Shown here: positions 37,106-49,118 of the stretch, piece after piece
Layout of the letters: each line of letters opens with the position of its first letter
How positions within the stretch are numbered: position 1 is the first letter of the stretch
DNA from: Lama guanicoe
Taxonomy: Eukaryota
NCBI GenBank assembly: GCA_013239625.1
Contig: MU053934.1
Coordinates: 6,838,399-6,902,398, forward strand
Length of the DNA: 64,000 nt
Reading direction: 5' to 3'
Position numbers and translations under genes: made by a program
Notes under the pieces: generated by a model
Seen by the model: the letters and a program-made list of their open reading frames with translations, nothing else
The model's database searches: none
Told to the model about the DNA's origin: nothing

Positions 37106-38544
37106 TGAGTAGGGTTTTTGATAGGGGCCTGGCCCAATTATGCTTCACATCAGTTTGGCAGCAGAGCAGACGGGATCTGTAGGGGCAGGCCTGGCCCCTC
37201 GCTCATCAAACCCAGAACATAAGCAAGGAGCAAGCAGTGACTTGCACAAGGGCTAAAGATTTGTGACGGCGACAGGTAAAATTTACTCCGGATCTTAGAT
37301 TCTTCTTCCTTGACAGGAAAAGAACTCGGTTATGAACACTCAGGTCATTTTTTTGCTGGCTGGCTATTTAGTGGTAGTGATACAAATCAGTACTATAGAT
37401 GGATGCCACCTATTTACAAAGAAAAATGGACAGAGGCCATATCACAGCAAAATCCGGAAATCTGAAGTTTCTGCAAAACAGAAACAGCACAGAGCACTAT
37501 CCATGTTTCATGCAGCAAAAACCACAGCTGGTCTGGACCAAAAAAAGGGCAGAGGGCTCTGTCCCCAAAGGCTCTGCAGGGTGATTGATGTGCAGTCACT
37601 GTGAACCAGAGTCGTGAGCAGGTCTGCCTCTATGTAGTGTAGGTGGCCCCGTTCAAATCTGAAGTCCTTAGCAAGGCAAGAACCAGAGACAATGGGTGCA
37701 CCTCTGCAGTGGCTTGGGGGGCAGGTGGGGCTGATCTGAACATGATGCTGTGGTAATTGTGCCCCTTAGTTGTTTTTTTTTTAATGCAGATAAGAAACAA
37801 AAGCAAATTAAACCTGCTTTTTCACAATAAAAGGGACTTGGTTCTCACAAAATCTTGACCAAGGGAATGTGAAAACATTCTCTCCACAAAATACAGAAAT
37901 GCATGATAAAATATAACCACATAACTAAACTACAAGTGCACGGCCGAGTTAGCAAGCGAGGAAGGGATATCCCTGGGGGCCAAGACAAAGAAAAACTACA
38001 GTGGTGATCGCGTGACTTGACCTGCAGCGGCCTCGGGGAGGGATGCAAGAGAGGGTGGAAAGATATCCGAACCAGTAACCCAGGGTCCTTGGCTTTGGCC
38101 TCTAGATTGAAATGAGATGTGTAGGCAGGAGGCGGAGAGTTGAAACTGTGACTCCTTGCAAAGCCAGGCTCCTCTGAGGGCTGATCTCCCAGTGGAAGGG
38201 GGAGAAGGGAAACCCTATCCCCTGGCACAAGGAGATGACAAGCTTGTCCATCACAGCTCAGGCAAGGGCAGTGGGGGCTTAGAAAAAGGATCCTCTGAAA
38301 TATTCAAACCTCATGTATGCGTGCTTTGAGTGTATGTGAGGTCTAAATTTGTATTGTGTGCATGCTCTGAGCTTCTTATGTCAAAAGAAAAAAATTGGTT
38401 CCAGGCTGGTGATGACCCCGGACCACCTAGCAAAGCAGATACTGAATGGCTTTAGAGGGACACTCTTACAACTCAGGAGGCAGGAAGTTCTCATGGGAAA
38501 AACAAGCTCCTCCAAAGATGAGCTCACAAGATTAAACCCCAGGA

Positions 38545-39009
38545 CAGGTGTACCTCATTTTATTGCACTTTGTTTTACAGTGCTTCACAGATACCGCATT
38601 TTCTATAAATTAAAGGTTTGTGGCAACCTTGATTACCTAAGTCTTTCAGCACCATTTTCCCAACACCATTTGCTCACTTTATGTCTCTGTGTCATATTTT
38701 GGTAATTCTCACAATATTTCAAACTTTTTCATTATTATTTTTTTTATGGTGATCTGCCATGTTACTACTATGACTTGCTGAAGGGTCAGATGATGGTTAG
38801 CACTCTTAAGCAATAAAGTACTTTTAAATTAAGGTATGTGCCTTGTTTTTTTTAGACATACTGTATTTCATACTTAATAGGCTATAGTATAGTGTAAACA
38901 TAACTGTTACGGGAAACCAAAAAATTCATGTGACTCACTTTATTTTGGTATTTGCATTATTGTGGTGGTGGTCTGGAAGCAAACCTGCAATATATCCAAG
39001 GTATGCCTG
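38545..39009 (+). mobile_element. Internally deleted Tigger1 derivative (Tigger1a-like)
   Basis: Tigger1 left end caggtgtacctcattttattgcac...aaggtttgtggcaacc joined to right end ...atatccaaggtatgcctg; right flank TA. Confidence 0.9.
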
Positions 39010-39227
39010 TATTCATGAGGAAAGAGGTCATCTTGAACACAGCAGATGCCACAAGCTGGAGAATGGAGCATTAGAGCCCTAAGACTCTGAGACAGCAGAA
39101 CAGCAGGGCCAAAAGTGACGGTGCAATAAGAATGTTAATAATGATTAAAAGGCCAAAATGAAAGATTCAAACTCTCAAGAAAATAACAATATATTATGAA
39201 AACAGGAGTAGACAGATCTGAATAATA

Positions 39228-39440
39228 TTTACAGATGAAATGACGTAGCATCGGAGATTTGCCTGAAAACAATCTCAGCAAAGACAGCTCTGGGAGGGAG
39301 TACGTACAAAACAAGACTGGCCGTGGTTGATACTTGTGGAAGGTGAATAATAATAAGTACACAGGGGCTGCTTATTTTATTGTTTCTAATTTTTATATAC
39401 CTTTGAAATATCCATAATAAAAATTTTAAAAAAAACAAAA
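39228..39440 (+). mobile_element. L1ME 3' terminus
   Basis: tttacagatgaaatga...acaagactggcc...tttgaaatatccataataaaa followed by an A tail. Confidence 0.7.
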
Positions 39441-40137
39441 TTAAAAGCTCCAAATACAAGTTCTAGAAGGGAATACTATAAATAACAAAATTTAAAATTC
39501 AAGACAGATTTAATGGCAGATTGGACAGAGATGAAGAGAGAACTGATAAACTGGAAGATATTAAAAATATATACGGAATGCAAAGTAGAGAGAAAAATGT
39601 CTGAAAAACTTTAAGAGAGATTAAGAGTCACAGAGGACAGGCAACAACTTTAGAGAGGAATTTGACATTATGCAGTGCTATGCTATGACCCAACAGTTTT
39701 ACTTCTAGGCAAATATCCTAAGGAAACTTCCATGTGTGAGCACGAGAGCTATGTGTAAGGATGTTCACAGCAGCAATACAAATAATGGAGAAAAGATGGA
39801 AATAAGCTAAATGTCCTTTAGTAGCAGAGAAGATACATAGGTTGCATCTTATTCATATAAAGCAATAAAAATAAATGAATTGCATCTGCATGCCTCTCCA
39901 TTAATAAATTGCAGAGGGATACTTCAAAATCACTTTTATTTAAAGTTTAAAAACATAAAACAATACTACAGATTGTTTGGGGATATAGATGCTTTTAATA
40001 AAATGTGCTATTAGGAATAAACAGGACTTTACATACAATAATAGGAACATCAAGAAGATATAATAAGTCTGAACTTTTGTGCACCCAACAACATGTCAAG
40101 AATCGTCAGAATTACAAGGAGAAGCCGACAAATCCAC

Positions 40138-40599
40138 TGTGCTAATTTGGCTCATCCAAGAAACAATGCCAAGAAACAAATGTCAAGGTGGAATTAGATG
40201 CACAGAAAATTTATTAGGGAAACATCTGATAAAGGGGAGACAGTGCAGAAGCAGGCTGGGAGAGGCTCAGACCACTCAAGCAAATCTGCAAGGAAGTCTG
40301 CAAGGAAGGAGATGCCTCAGGTGACAGAATAAACCAGAGAAAGCTTTGGCCAGCCCACTGGGCAATCCCCATTAGAGGAGTCTCGCATGGGGTAGAAACG
40401 GTCCAGCTCTACCCTGGTGATTAGTTATAGTCTGGGAGCAGCCCAGGGAGGTGGGAGGTGGGAGATGGGAATGTGGTTTTGGTGTAAATGCCACAGTGGG
40501 TCTGAGGGTGTCCCAGCTGGAAGCTATAGGCTGATGATGCTGTCTGCAGTATGTTCCTCTGAAGGGGCATCTGAGCAGCATATATCCATGGCTGCCACG
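40138..40599 (-). mobile_element. ERVL LTR16-like solo LTR inside L1 ORF2
   Basis: Interrupts L1 at gacaaatccac|catcacag; carries tttatt near the left end and ends gcatctgagcagcatatatccatggctgccac. Confidence 0.6.
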
Positions 40600-41619
40600 T
40601 GGACCATCACAGTAGATTATCATAATATCCAGCCCTTAGTAATTGATAGATCAAGCAGGCAAAAATGGAGAGAGCCTCCTAAAGATTAATGGACAATAAT
40701 AGACTCCCATATCCACGAATTAGAGAACATACCTTTCAAAGTACATGGGGAACTTTTACAAAAATTGCACATGTAGTTGTTCATAAAGCCACTCTCAGCC
40801 CATACAGAGAATTGATATTTGGGTATGATGAAATAAAACTAAAAATAAATCATAAAACTTTTTTTTACACCCATGTGTTTTGAAATTTAAATTCATGGAT
40901 CACCCAATATAAAGGTCAAAGAAGATATCATAAGGGAAATCAGAAAATATTTAGAGCTGTAAGATAATTAGATCACCATGTGCCAAACTAGAAGGATGCC
41001 ACTGCAGGAGTGGCAGAGGGACAGTTACAGCCGTTAACATTCACATTAGAAAAGAAGAAACACTCCAAGTGACTAAGTGTCCAATTCTAGAAGGAAGAAA
41101 TAGGATAGAATAAAGCAAAAAAAAAAAAGTAGAGGGAAGGAAATAAGGAAATAACAAAGACAGGAACAGAAATTAAAGAAAAAAATGAAAGGATCAACAG
41201 AACTACAGCTGGATCTTTGAGAAGACTGATAAAATAGGCAGATCTCTGGCAAGAGTGGCTAAGAATATAAAGGAGAAGGGACGAGGCATTTTAGGAATAA
41301 ACAAAAAGAACACAGCACAGCCAGAAGAGAGACTCAGAAATGGTGATAACTCACATTTACAAGTCGGTCTTTCATGCTTCATTCTATAATGCAATGATTA
41401 TTTACAGTGTAGGCTGAAACACAAATCCTTTCGGCAGAATCCTCTGCGGGTACAGAACAGTGATGAGCTGACATCTATACCGAGCTTACTAGGAGCCGCC
41501 CCTGCACCTGCCATGGGCTCTCTTGCCTCCACCCCTTTGGTTAAGCTGTTTCCTCAGCTCAAGGTACCCTCCCCATCTTACACATCTTGCAAGGTTCAGC
41601 TGAAATGAAACTCCTCTGC

Positions 41620-41815
41620 TGTTCTTGCTGATCACATACCCATTGTCCACTCTACCCTTTCTCCTTGCCAACAGAACCATCATTTTGTTCAGGATAATAA
41701 GATGTCCCATTTAAAATGACCACAACTACAATACTAGAGTCCCAGCTTCCCCTGCATCTCAGGGAGGTGTGTGACACCATTTGGCCAATGAGATGTAAGT
41801 AGGAGTTTGCTAAGT
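41620..41815 (+). mobile_element. MaLR LTR 5' fragment (MLT1I/J-like)
   Basis: ttctccttgccaacagaacc...tcccagcttcccctgca...tggccaatgagatgtaagtaggag. Confidence 0.6.
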
Positions 41816-41837
41816 ATATTTTTTTGAGTATTTTTAA

Positions 41838-42125
41838 TCTATCCACCCATTCAATCATCCACCACCCATTCTTTTACTCATTCATCCACCCATCCACACT
41901 CCCACTCTTCCACACATCCATCCATCCACCCACCCATTCATCAGCCATACAGCCACCCAGCCATCCATCCATCCATTTCTGAGAGCCTATAAAGTGCCAG
42001 GCACAAGCTAGGTACTTGACATAGAAAATGAGTGATATTTGTCCCGTCTTTAAATAACTACACTCTATTTAGGAAGACAGATAAGGAAACAATTTCAATA
42101 CATTTGTGGTAAGTGCTATGCTAGA
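41838..42125 (-). repeat. (TCCA)n repeat plus antisense L2 tail
   Basis: catccacccatcc... then ctgagagcctataaagtgccaggcac. Confidence 0.7.
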
Positions 42126-43369
42126 CATAAAAGAGAAATAAAAATTTTAATGTATTAATATTTTTTCCTTCTCTTATTCAACCAGAGGCACCTGTTTGCC
42201 TCAGGGAGAATTATGGTTTTTGCAGAAGGAATGTAACAAGAGAAAAAAAGACCCTTTTACCTTTGAGTGTTAAGACCGACTCCAAGTGTACATGAGATGA
42301 TAGTCTTGAAACTGAGCTGGGTTCAGAGAAGAAAGTGATTTTCTAAATTCCAAGGGCTCCCCATCAAGAAACAATGACTGAATCTGGTGGACTTGGACAG
42401 GGGAGGAGGGCACAAGGTCAGAGGATATGGTCTGGAGAAGTTCCCATCAGGTAGGAAGAGGCAGGGGATCAGATGAAAGGGCCCTGGCTCCTCCCTCTGG
42501 GTCAAAACAGCAGTGGGAAGGGCGGAGGCGAACGTGGGAGCAGAACATGGGCTGCCGGGCGGTGGGTTAGAAGGACACTGTGGCCGGAGCGCTGGGCTGG
42601 AGCCTGAACCAGGCGGGACGGCTGCTCAGTGGACACAGGACAGGCAGCCCGGGAACCACCTCAGCCACACAGCTTAGAGGCGGGAGTCAGGAGCCCGGAC
42701 CCTGCCGGGGGAAGAAGGCGTGGAAAGAAGGTGCTCCAACAGGGAACCTGAACCTGAATGTACTTAATTCTTATCTTGATGTGCCTGAGTTAACTCGGAA
42801 GGAGTTTTTGAAGCCTGAAGAGATTGAGTTAGCTTTGATTAGCAAGTTCATGGTGTTTAAATTTTTTTTTCTTTTTTTCTGCTTTTAGCAGGAGTGGGGA
42901 CTTGTGAGCAAGACAGAATCAATTATAGACAGTTTTCAGTTACATTTCTGGGCGCCTCTGCCTACAGCATGCAGATTTTTTACCCCACCATGGAGGCGTG
43001 CAGGGGTGCTGGGGAGCCAGAGGGCTGGGAGGTAGCAGGCCTACTTGACCCGGCCAAAGCTCAAAAGGCATCACCCCACTTCCTAGGAGACCCCCCATCA
43101 CGCAATCCAAGTGGGGCTACAGTTTCGGAAACACTGAAGCTTGATTCCAGCCCCACTAGCAACATCTCCAAGGTCCTTTCCATCGAGTATTTCAGTTTCC
43201 AGGGGCATCTCGTTTATTTTCAAGCATATTTTTTGCCACATTCCTTCTCTCCTTCCTGGGAGGGCTGCCATTGGAGCTGTCTGCAGTCCTCAGAGCCTAA
43301 GAGTACACTCGGCCACTGCCTGCCAGTGAGCACCTTGGTCCCACCTCTGTGAACAGATTCGTGTATGAA

Positions 43370-43550
43370 TAGCTAGGGTGTTTGCATTGCCTACCGTGTG
43401 CCAGGGACCCCCCTGAGCACCTGACTCATCGAATCCTCTCACCAACACAACGAAGTGTGCACTTAGCGCTGCCTTTTTTCCATATGAGAGAACGGAGGCA
43501 CAGAGGACATGGACTGAGTAGGAGGTGGAGTTAGGATTTGAACCTAGGCA
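43370..43550 (-). mobile_element. MIR
   Basis: catatgagagaacggaggcacagagg...aggatttgaacctaggcag. Confidence 0.7.
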
Positions 43551-44685
43551 GAGAAAATGATAAAACAAAAGATGTCACATAAACCCCATGGCATATTGGA
43601 AACTTGAATGCAGTAGCTGAACATGCGTTTAACCTGCCAGAAAGGATTTACCAGTGAAAAGGAATCACTGATATTAATGTTACGGTGACAGTGCAGCCAG
43701 ATTAGAGAGCTTCTGCGAGGCTAGGGGACCCCCTTGTGATAAAGAAGGGTAGGGAGGGCGGCTGGGACAGAGGAACATGGGGTGGGACTCAGGGGACGTC
43801 AGAGGCTGGCGGCACAGACACATCTGAAAGGCCTCATCAAACCACTCAGCTCTGCCCCAGGCCCTGGGGATTCCAACCCAACATAACCCCGGGGAGCAGC
43901 CCATGTCTCCACTGTACAGCATCCCCAGACCCCAACTCTAGCCTAACAAGGTCAGTCACAAAAAGTCATAACACTAAGTCTGGTTGCTTTAGAAGCCAGG
44001 GTAGATTAAAAAAAATTTTTTTTTAGATTTAAATCTTTAATAAAAATGTTATGTACTTGGCCATAGCTGATTTATTTGAAGGCTAATTTCTTTCAGTCCA
44101 TGGGGGCCCAATTCAGATTTCAAGGTTGAAAACTGGTTGAAACCTTCTGGTCCCTCCCCGTGACAGCGACCTCACAGAGCTCTCTCCCTCCTCATGTGGC
44201 CCCAGGGCCCCTCTCTGCATTTCTCCTCCAGTGGCACCTGGTGTGGTGCCCTCGCTGTTTCCGTCCACCTGTAGCTTTTGATTGTCACAACCCTTTCTTG
44301 GAACAGATAAAGATCTGCCCTACTCAAAATCTGTGGGCTACCCAGCCTGAAACATGCTGGGGGTCTGTCCTACTTTCACCATCTCAAGGCAAAATGCTGC
44401 CCCTCCTGACGGCTGGCCTCCCATACTCCAGCAGAGCAGAGGTTACACGTTTAAGATAACTCTCTGCAAATTTAGAACCATGACATTTTAGATATAGTTG
44501 TTTCTGGGAAAGCGCCTGCATTTTGTTTAGATGCACTTTTACTTGAATATTTGCCAAAGAATCAGTCATTTTCAAACTACAACCAATTTTTAAAAGAATA
44601 TTTAACTCTGTGTTGCCTGTATGTGTATGCAAACACACGTACTATTTTATGCATACATGCATGTGTAATTAAGTCTCTGGTCCTC

Positions 44686-45433
44686 TGTTAACTGCGGAAA
44701 TAAATGAAGACCAAACAAATGAGAAAAGCAAGGCTATTTGTTTTGAACTTGCTATAGCGAAGGAGTGGGCCAGTGTCACTTGAGTTTCGGTGAATGACTC
44801 AGAGGCAGGAAGAGTGGGAAAGCTTTAAAGTGGCAAAAAGGGAGAGGCTTCAGGTGTGCCCTGATTGGAGCTGGAGGTGGGGTAACTACAGTGAATGTCT
44901 TACATGATTGGTTAAGAATGCACAGTTGGCTTTCTCTGGTTGGTCCTACACTGGAAGGGAGGACAAAGGTTAAGAAAGCTGTTGGTTATTCATCTAGATC
45001 TGGTCATTTGGGGTCAACTGTTGTAGAATTTTTGTTTAGCTTCTTGGATTTGTCACAAGAGGTAGGAATCTGGCTTCCTGCAAGTCTGATTTGCAGTGGG
45101 CTGGCTTCCTGGGTTGTTGACTGTAGGGAAGGAGTCAGTTTCCCGGGCTGGTTGCTGGTCAAAGTTCTATTGTTGTATATGGTCTGGCTATTATCTTTAA
45201 CTAACTTACTTTCTTTCTTTCTTTCTTCCCTTCTTTCTTCCTTTCTTTCTTTCCTTTCCTTCTTTCCTTCCTTCCTTCCTCCCTCCCTCCCTCTCTTTCT
45301 TTCTTTCTTTCTTTCCTTTTGATGGAGGGTCTGGGGATTGAACCCAGGACCTCTGGCATGCTAAGCATGCATTCTACCACTAGGCTATACCCTCCTCTCT
45401 CCCAGCCATTCTCTTTATATGTTCAGTTTCTCA
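44686..45433 (-). mobile_element. ERV1 solo LTR (MER89-like), interrupted by a SINE
   Basis: TG...CA ends; gagaaaagcaaggctattt...cttgctatagc...gagtgggaaagcttt...gccctgattgg match the recalled antisense MER89. Confidence 0.6.
45200..45404 (-). mobile_element. tRNA-Ala-derived SINE (camelid vic-1 type) with an expanded (GAAA/GGAA)n tail
   Basis: Minus strand reads gggtatagcctagtggtagaatgcatgcttagcatgccagaggtcctgggttcaatccccag (A and B boxes); TSD gctattatcttta (45187-45199) / gccattctcttta (45405-45417). Confidence 0.85.
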
Positions 45434-45470
45434 TGATAATTATGTAAGAATCGGTCAAATAAGTCCATCC

Positions 45471-45693
45471 CTTCTCTTTGAAGGGTCCATTCAGCAAGTT
45501 GAAAAGGTGATCTATTAATGAGTAGCAATTAATCTGCTTAATTCTCTCAGATCTCAAACAATTTCATTGAACAAACCCACAAGAATCACACATTATCAAA
45601 ATGCAGCTGCCTCACACATAGAACCGAGCTTGTGTTTGGCAATGGCGTAGAAATCGGACATGATCTAGATTGGGAGAGAAAACCAAGGCATCT
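45471..45693 (+). repeat. Copy 1 of an unassigned ~220-bp inverted repeat pair
   Basis: Homologous to the reverse complement of 48156-48371; core 45553-45625 is 61/73 identical without gaps (hand alignment). Confidence 0.9.
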
Positions 45694-46164
45694 CCTCAGA
45701 AAGCTACAGGCAGCTCCTTCCTCCCACTTTCCCTGCCGGGGCTCCTCTCAGCATCCCACCAGGCAGTGCTACTGGATGAATTCTGATGGAGGACAGAAAA
45801 TTAAGGAAAGGAAAAAAGAAGCTTGGTAATGCAATTCAGAAAAATGTATGCTTTCCTCCTGAATTATTAGGATAAACAACTCTGCTGGGCAAGACCGCCC
45901 TCCCTTCTGTGGTGGGGATGAAGCAGGAAGACCCGTCTCCTGTCTTGATGGTGCTGCTTCTGATTTTTAGGGGTACAGCCCAGTTCAGTGGCCTTCCTCG
46001 TACCAGGAGCACTCGGAGCTTTTCTTTGTGAAATTAATTCTCAATCATTGGTGCCTCTGCCTTCTAACCTGGGCGCTTCCAAGGCCCTCACTTCACTATG
46101 GCACCAAATTTCAAACAAAGGCAAGGATGTGAGGCCCGGAGGCCATGAATTCACAGCCTGTTGC

Positions 46165-46295
46165 TGCAGATGTGGAGTCAGAGGACCTGGATTGGTGCCC
46201 AGTTTTGCCTCTGAGACAATAATGACTTTGGGCAAACCACTTATTTAATTTCTTTTGTTTCAGATTTCTTATTGGCACAATGAAAATTAAAATGC
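46165..46295 (+). mobile_element. MIR fragment
   Basis: ggagtcagaggacctggg...tgactttgggcaaaccactt. Confidence 0.65.
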
Positions 46296-46599
46296 CAGTT
46301 CCTTTCCATCCACTATCTCACTCAAGATACGTTGAATGGCTACTCTGTGCCACACAGTGTACACTGGGTGCTGAGTAAGACAGACAAGGTCCCCGCACTG
46401 TCAATCTTCCATCTACAGAGAAAGACGCATGTAGCAGCTCAGAGACTCACAGGCTTGGAAAGTCCCTGAGGGAGATGAGGTGTCATCCTCAGCTCCCCGT
46501 TTCCTCACCCCACTTCCTGTGTGAAGGCAACTCCTGCAGGCTCCACCATCAGCCTCCATCTCTCCCAGTCCACTCACTGCCCAGGGGCCCTTGGGGATC

Positions 46600-47340
46600 C
46601 CGGGAGCCCTCACCAGCCTCCTGTCTCTGCCCTCTTGCCCTGAGGTTCAGTTCGCACCACGCCAGCTAGGGGCAATCCTTTTAAAACATAAACCCAATCA
46701 TATCCTGCTCAAAACTCTCCCATCATTTTCTACCTCCCCCGGAGTAAAAGACAGCGTTCCCACCGTGACCTGTGAAGCTGTACCAAACTTGCTCCTTTCC
46801 TCTCGGACCTCATTCCTACTCCCTCCTTCATCCACTCTGCTCCAGCCACCTGTCCTCGCTGCCCAGGGACCCTGCGTTGAGAGGTGACCCGTGTCTGGGT
46901 TTATGCCTGTCGGTCCGGCACAATTATTAATAGTGCCACCTGTGCTCTCAGAGGCCCTGGTTTGGATGATGAATTAGATGGCTGTGCTGGCTGCTCACCT
47001 GCTATTATGTTTTCTCTCTGCTCCTTCCCCAGAGAGCCGCTGCCTCCCCTCACCTGCTTCGGGTCTTTGCCCACAAGTCAAGTCATATTCTGTGTCCGCG
47101 CCATTTACATGGCACAGTCCTCCAGCCCCAGGACCCCCATCCCCTTCCTGGGTCTGTCTTTCTTCCCTAGAATTTCTCACCATCCTGTTTATTTTCCTTA
47201 TTTGTTTATTGTGTCTCCCCATTCCCCCCAAACCCGGCAGGATCTGTGAAGGCAGAGATTTTTAATGTCTTGTTCACAGCTGTATTCCTACTGCCCGAAA
47301 CAGTGCTTAGCACACAGAGGTGCCCGAAAGAGTAACTAGA
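46600..47340 (+). mobile_element. L2 3' region
   Basis: atcatatcctgctcaaaactctcc...gaaggcagagatttt...tgtattcctactgcccgaaacagtgcttagcacacag. Confidence 0.7.
46880..46989 (+). mobile_element. MER94 (hAT-Blackjack MITE) inside L2
   Basis: ggtttatgcctgtcggtccggcacaattattaatagtgcc...ggtttggatgatgaattagatgg. Confidence 0.7.
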
Positions 47341-47412
47341 TGAGGCAGGGGTGCTACCTTGAAGAAGGCGGTCAGAGGAGGCTTCTCTGAGGGCTTGTCA
47401 TGCAAGTTAAGG

Positions 47413-47912
47413 TCATATTAGTTTCCTAGGGCTGCTATGACAAAGTACTACAAACGCAGTGGCTTAAAACAACACGAATTTATCAGCTGACAGTTCTGGG
47501 GGTTAGAAGTCCAAAATGCATCTCAATGAACTAAAATCAAGGTGCTGTCAGAGCTGGGTTCTTTTTGGAGGCTCCAACAGAGAATGAATATCTTTGCGTT
47601 TTCCAGCTTCTAGAGGTTACCCGCATCCCTTGGTTCGTGGCATCTGCCTCCTCTTCAAAGCCTGCAGTGATCAGTCAAATCTTCCTCGCAATGCTGTCTC
47701 TCAGTTCTGAATCCTCTGCCTTTCTCACCCCCATTTAAGGACCCTTTTGATTACACTGGGCCCACCCAGATAATCCAGGATAACCTCATTAAAGTCAACT
47801 GATTAGCAAAGTCATTCCATTTGCAACCTGAATTCTCCCCTGCAAGGAACAGAATATATTCACAGGTTCCAGGGACTAAGATGTGGACATACTGGGTGGG
47901 GGTGCCTGCTAC
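47413..47912 (-). mobile_element. MaLR solo LTR (MLT1C/D-like)
   Basis: tattagtttcctagggctgctatgacaaagtactacaaac...gggcccacccagataatccaggataacctc...ttcacaggttccaggga. Confidence 0.9.
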
Positions 47913-48155
47913 AGTGGGGCTGCTACTTTGGATAGGGTGGTCAGGAGAGGCTTCTCTGAAGACTTGACATTGAGGGCAAGATCTGAAGGACAAGGAGGAG
48001 CCAATCACGTGAAGAGCCAGAGGAGCTTTACAGGCAGAGGGATGAGCTTGGAGTATCAAGAAGCAGACAGTTGCCCAGACTGGCTACAGTATATCGAGCA
48101 AGGTGGAGAGTGGTCCCAGGTGAAACTGTGGAGGGAGGCATGAGTCAGATAGCAT
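47913..48155 (-). mobile_element. L2 fragment
   Basis: gatagggtggtcaggagaggcttctctgaag...tgacattgagggcaagatctgaagga. Confidence 0.75.
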
Positions 48156-48371
48156 AGGTGCGGCAGTTTTCTCTCCCAGTCTAGGTCATGTACGGTTCCC
48201 ATGCTGTTGGTTCTGTGTGTGAGGCGGCTGTATTTTAACCATGTGTGATCCTTGCGGGTTTGCTCTAGGAAGTTGTTTGAGAGTTGACAGCATAAAGCAG
48301 ACAAGTATTATTCATTGATATGACCACCTTTTAAACTTGCTGAACTGACTGATTCACCCTTCCGAGAGAAG
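48156..48371 (-). repeat. Copy 2 of an unassigned ~220-bp inverted repeat pair
   Basis: Reverse-complement homolog of 45471-45693; both copies give HDLDWERK in the ORF track. Confidence 0.9.
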
Positions 48372-49118
48372 AAATGTATTCTCTCACAGTTCTGGAGACT
48401 AGAAGTCTGAAATCAAGGTGCCAGCAGGGCCATGCTCCTTCTGAAGGCTTGAGAGGAGGATCCTTCCTTGCCTCTTCAAGCTTCTAGTGGTTCCCGGCTG
48501 GTATGGACTGAATGCCTATGTCCCCCCAAATTCAAATGTTGAAACCCTAACCCCCAATATGATGGTATTAGGACATGAGTCCTTTGGGAGTTAATCAGTT
48601 TAGATGAGGTCATGAGGGTGAAGCCCCCATAATGGGATTAGCACCCTTATAAGATGAGAGACAAGACCTCTGTCTCTCTCTCTGCCATGTGAGAACACAG
48701 CAAGAAGTCAGCTGTCTACAAACCAGAATAAGAGCCCTCAACAGACACCAGATCTGCTGGCACCTTGATCCTGAACTTCTCAACCTCCAGTAAGTGTCTG
48801 TTTAAGCCACCCAGTCTGTGGTATATTGTCACAGCAGCCTGGGCTAAGACACCAGCAGTCCTTGGCATTCCTTGGCTTGTAGCATTACTCCAATCTCTGC
48901 CTGCATCTTCACATGGCCATCTTCCCTCTGTGTCAGTGTCTCTGTGTCCAAATTTTCCTCTTCTTATGAGGACATCAGTCATTGGATTTGGGCCCACCCT
49001 AATCTAGAGGGACCCCACCTCAACTTGATTATGTCTGCCAAGACCGTTTCCAAATAAGGTCACATTCACAGGTTCCAGTGGATGTGAATATCTGAGGGAC
49101 ACTGTTCAACCCAGGACA
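48372..49118 (-). mobile_element. MaLR LTR (MLT1B-like), truncated at its 3' end and split by MLT1A
   Basis: aaatgtattctctcacagttctggagactagaagtctgaaatcaaggtg...ccaaataaggtcacattcacagg. Confidence 0.85.
48499..48851 (+). mobile_element. MaLR solo LTR (MLT1A/MLT1A0-like) nested in MLT1B
   Basis: tggtatggactgaatg...ccccaaattcaaatgttgaaaccctaacc...agcagcctgggctaagaca; TSD ccggc / ccagc. Confidence 0.9.

Larger units (their letters stand above)
37860..41300 (+). mobile_element. Old fragmented L1 (5'/ORF1/ORF2 pieces) hosting nested Tigger1, L1ME 3' pieces and an LTR
   Basis: ORF1-like ggcagattggacagagatgaagagagaactgataaactggaaga; ORF2-like gcacccaacaac...gaattacaaggagaagccgacaaatccac and gatctttgagaagactgataaaataggcaga. 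Confidence 0.7.

Noticed and set aside
41355..41375. MKDRL start resembling syntaxin N-peptides
   Set aside because: Only five residues match, and I found no downstream syntaxin exons in the window.
45321..45397. tRNA-Ala-like sequence as a true tRNA gene
   Set aside because: It has an A-rich tail, a TSD and a degenerate acceptor stem, so it is a SINE.
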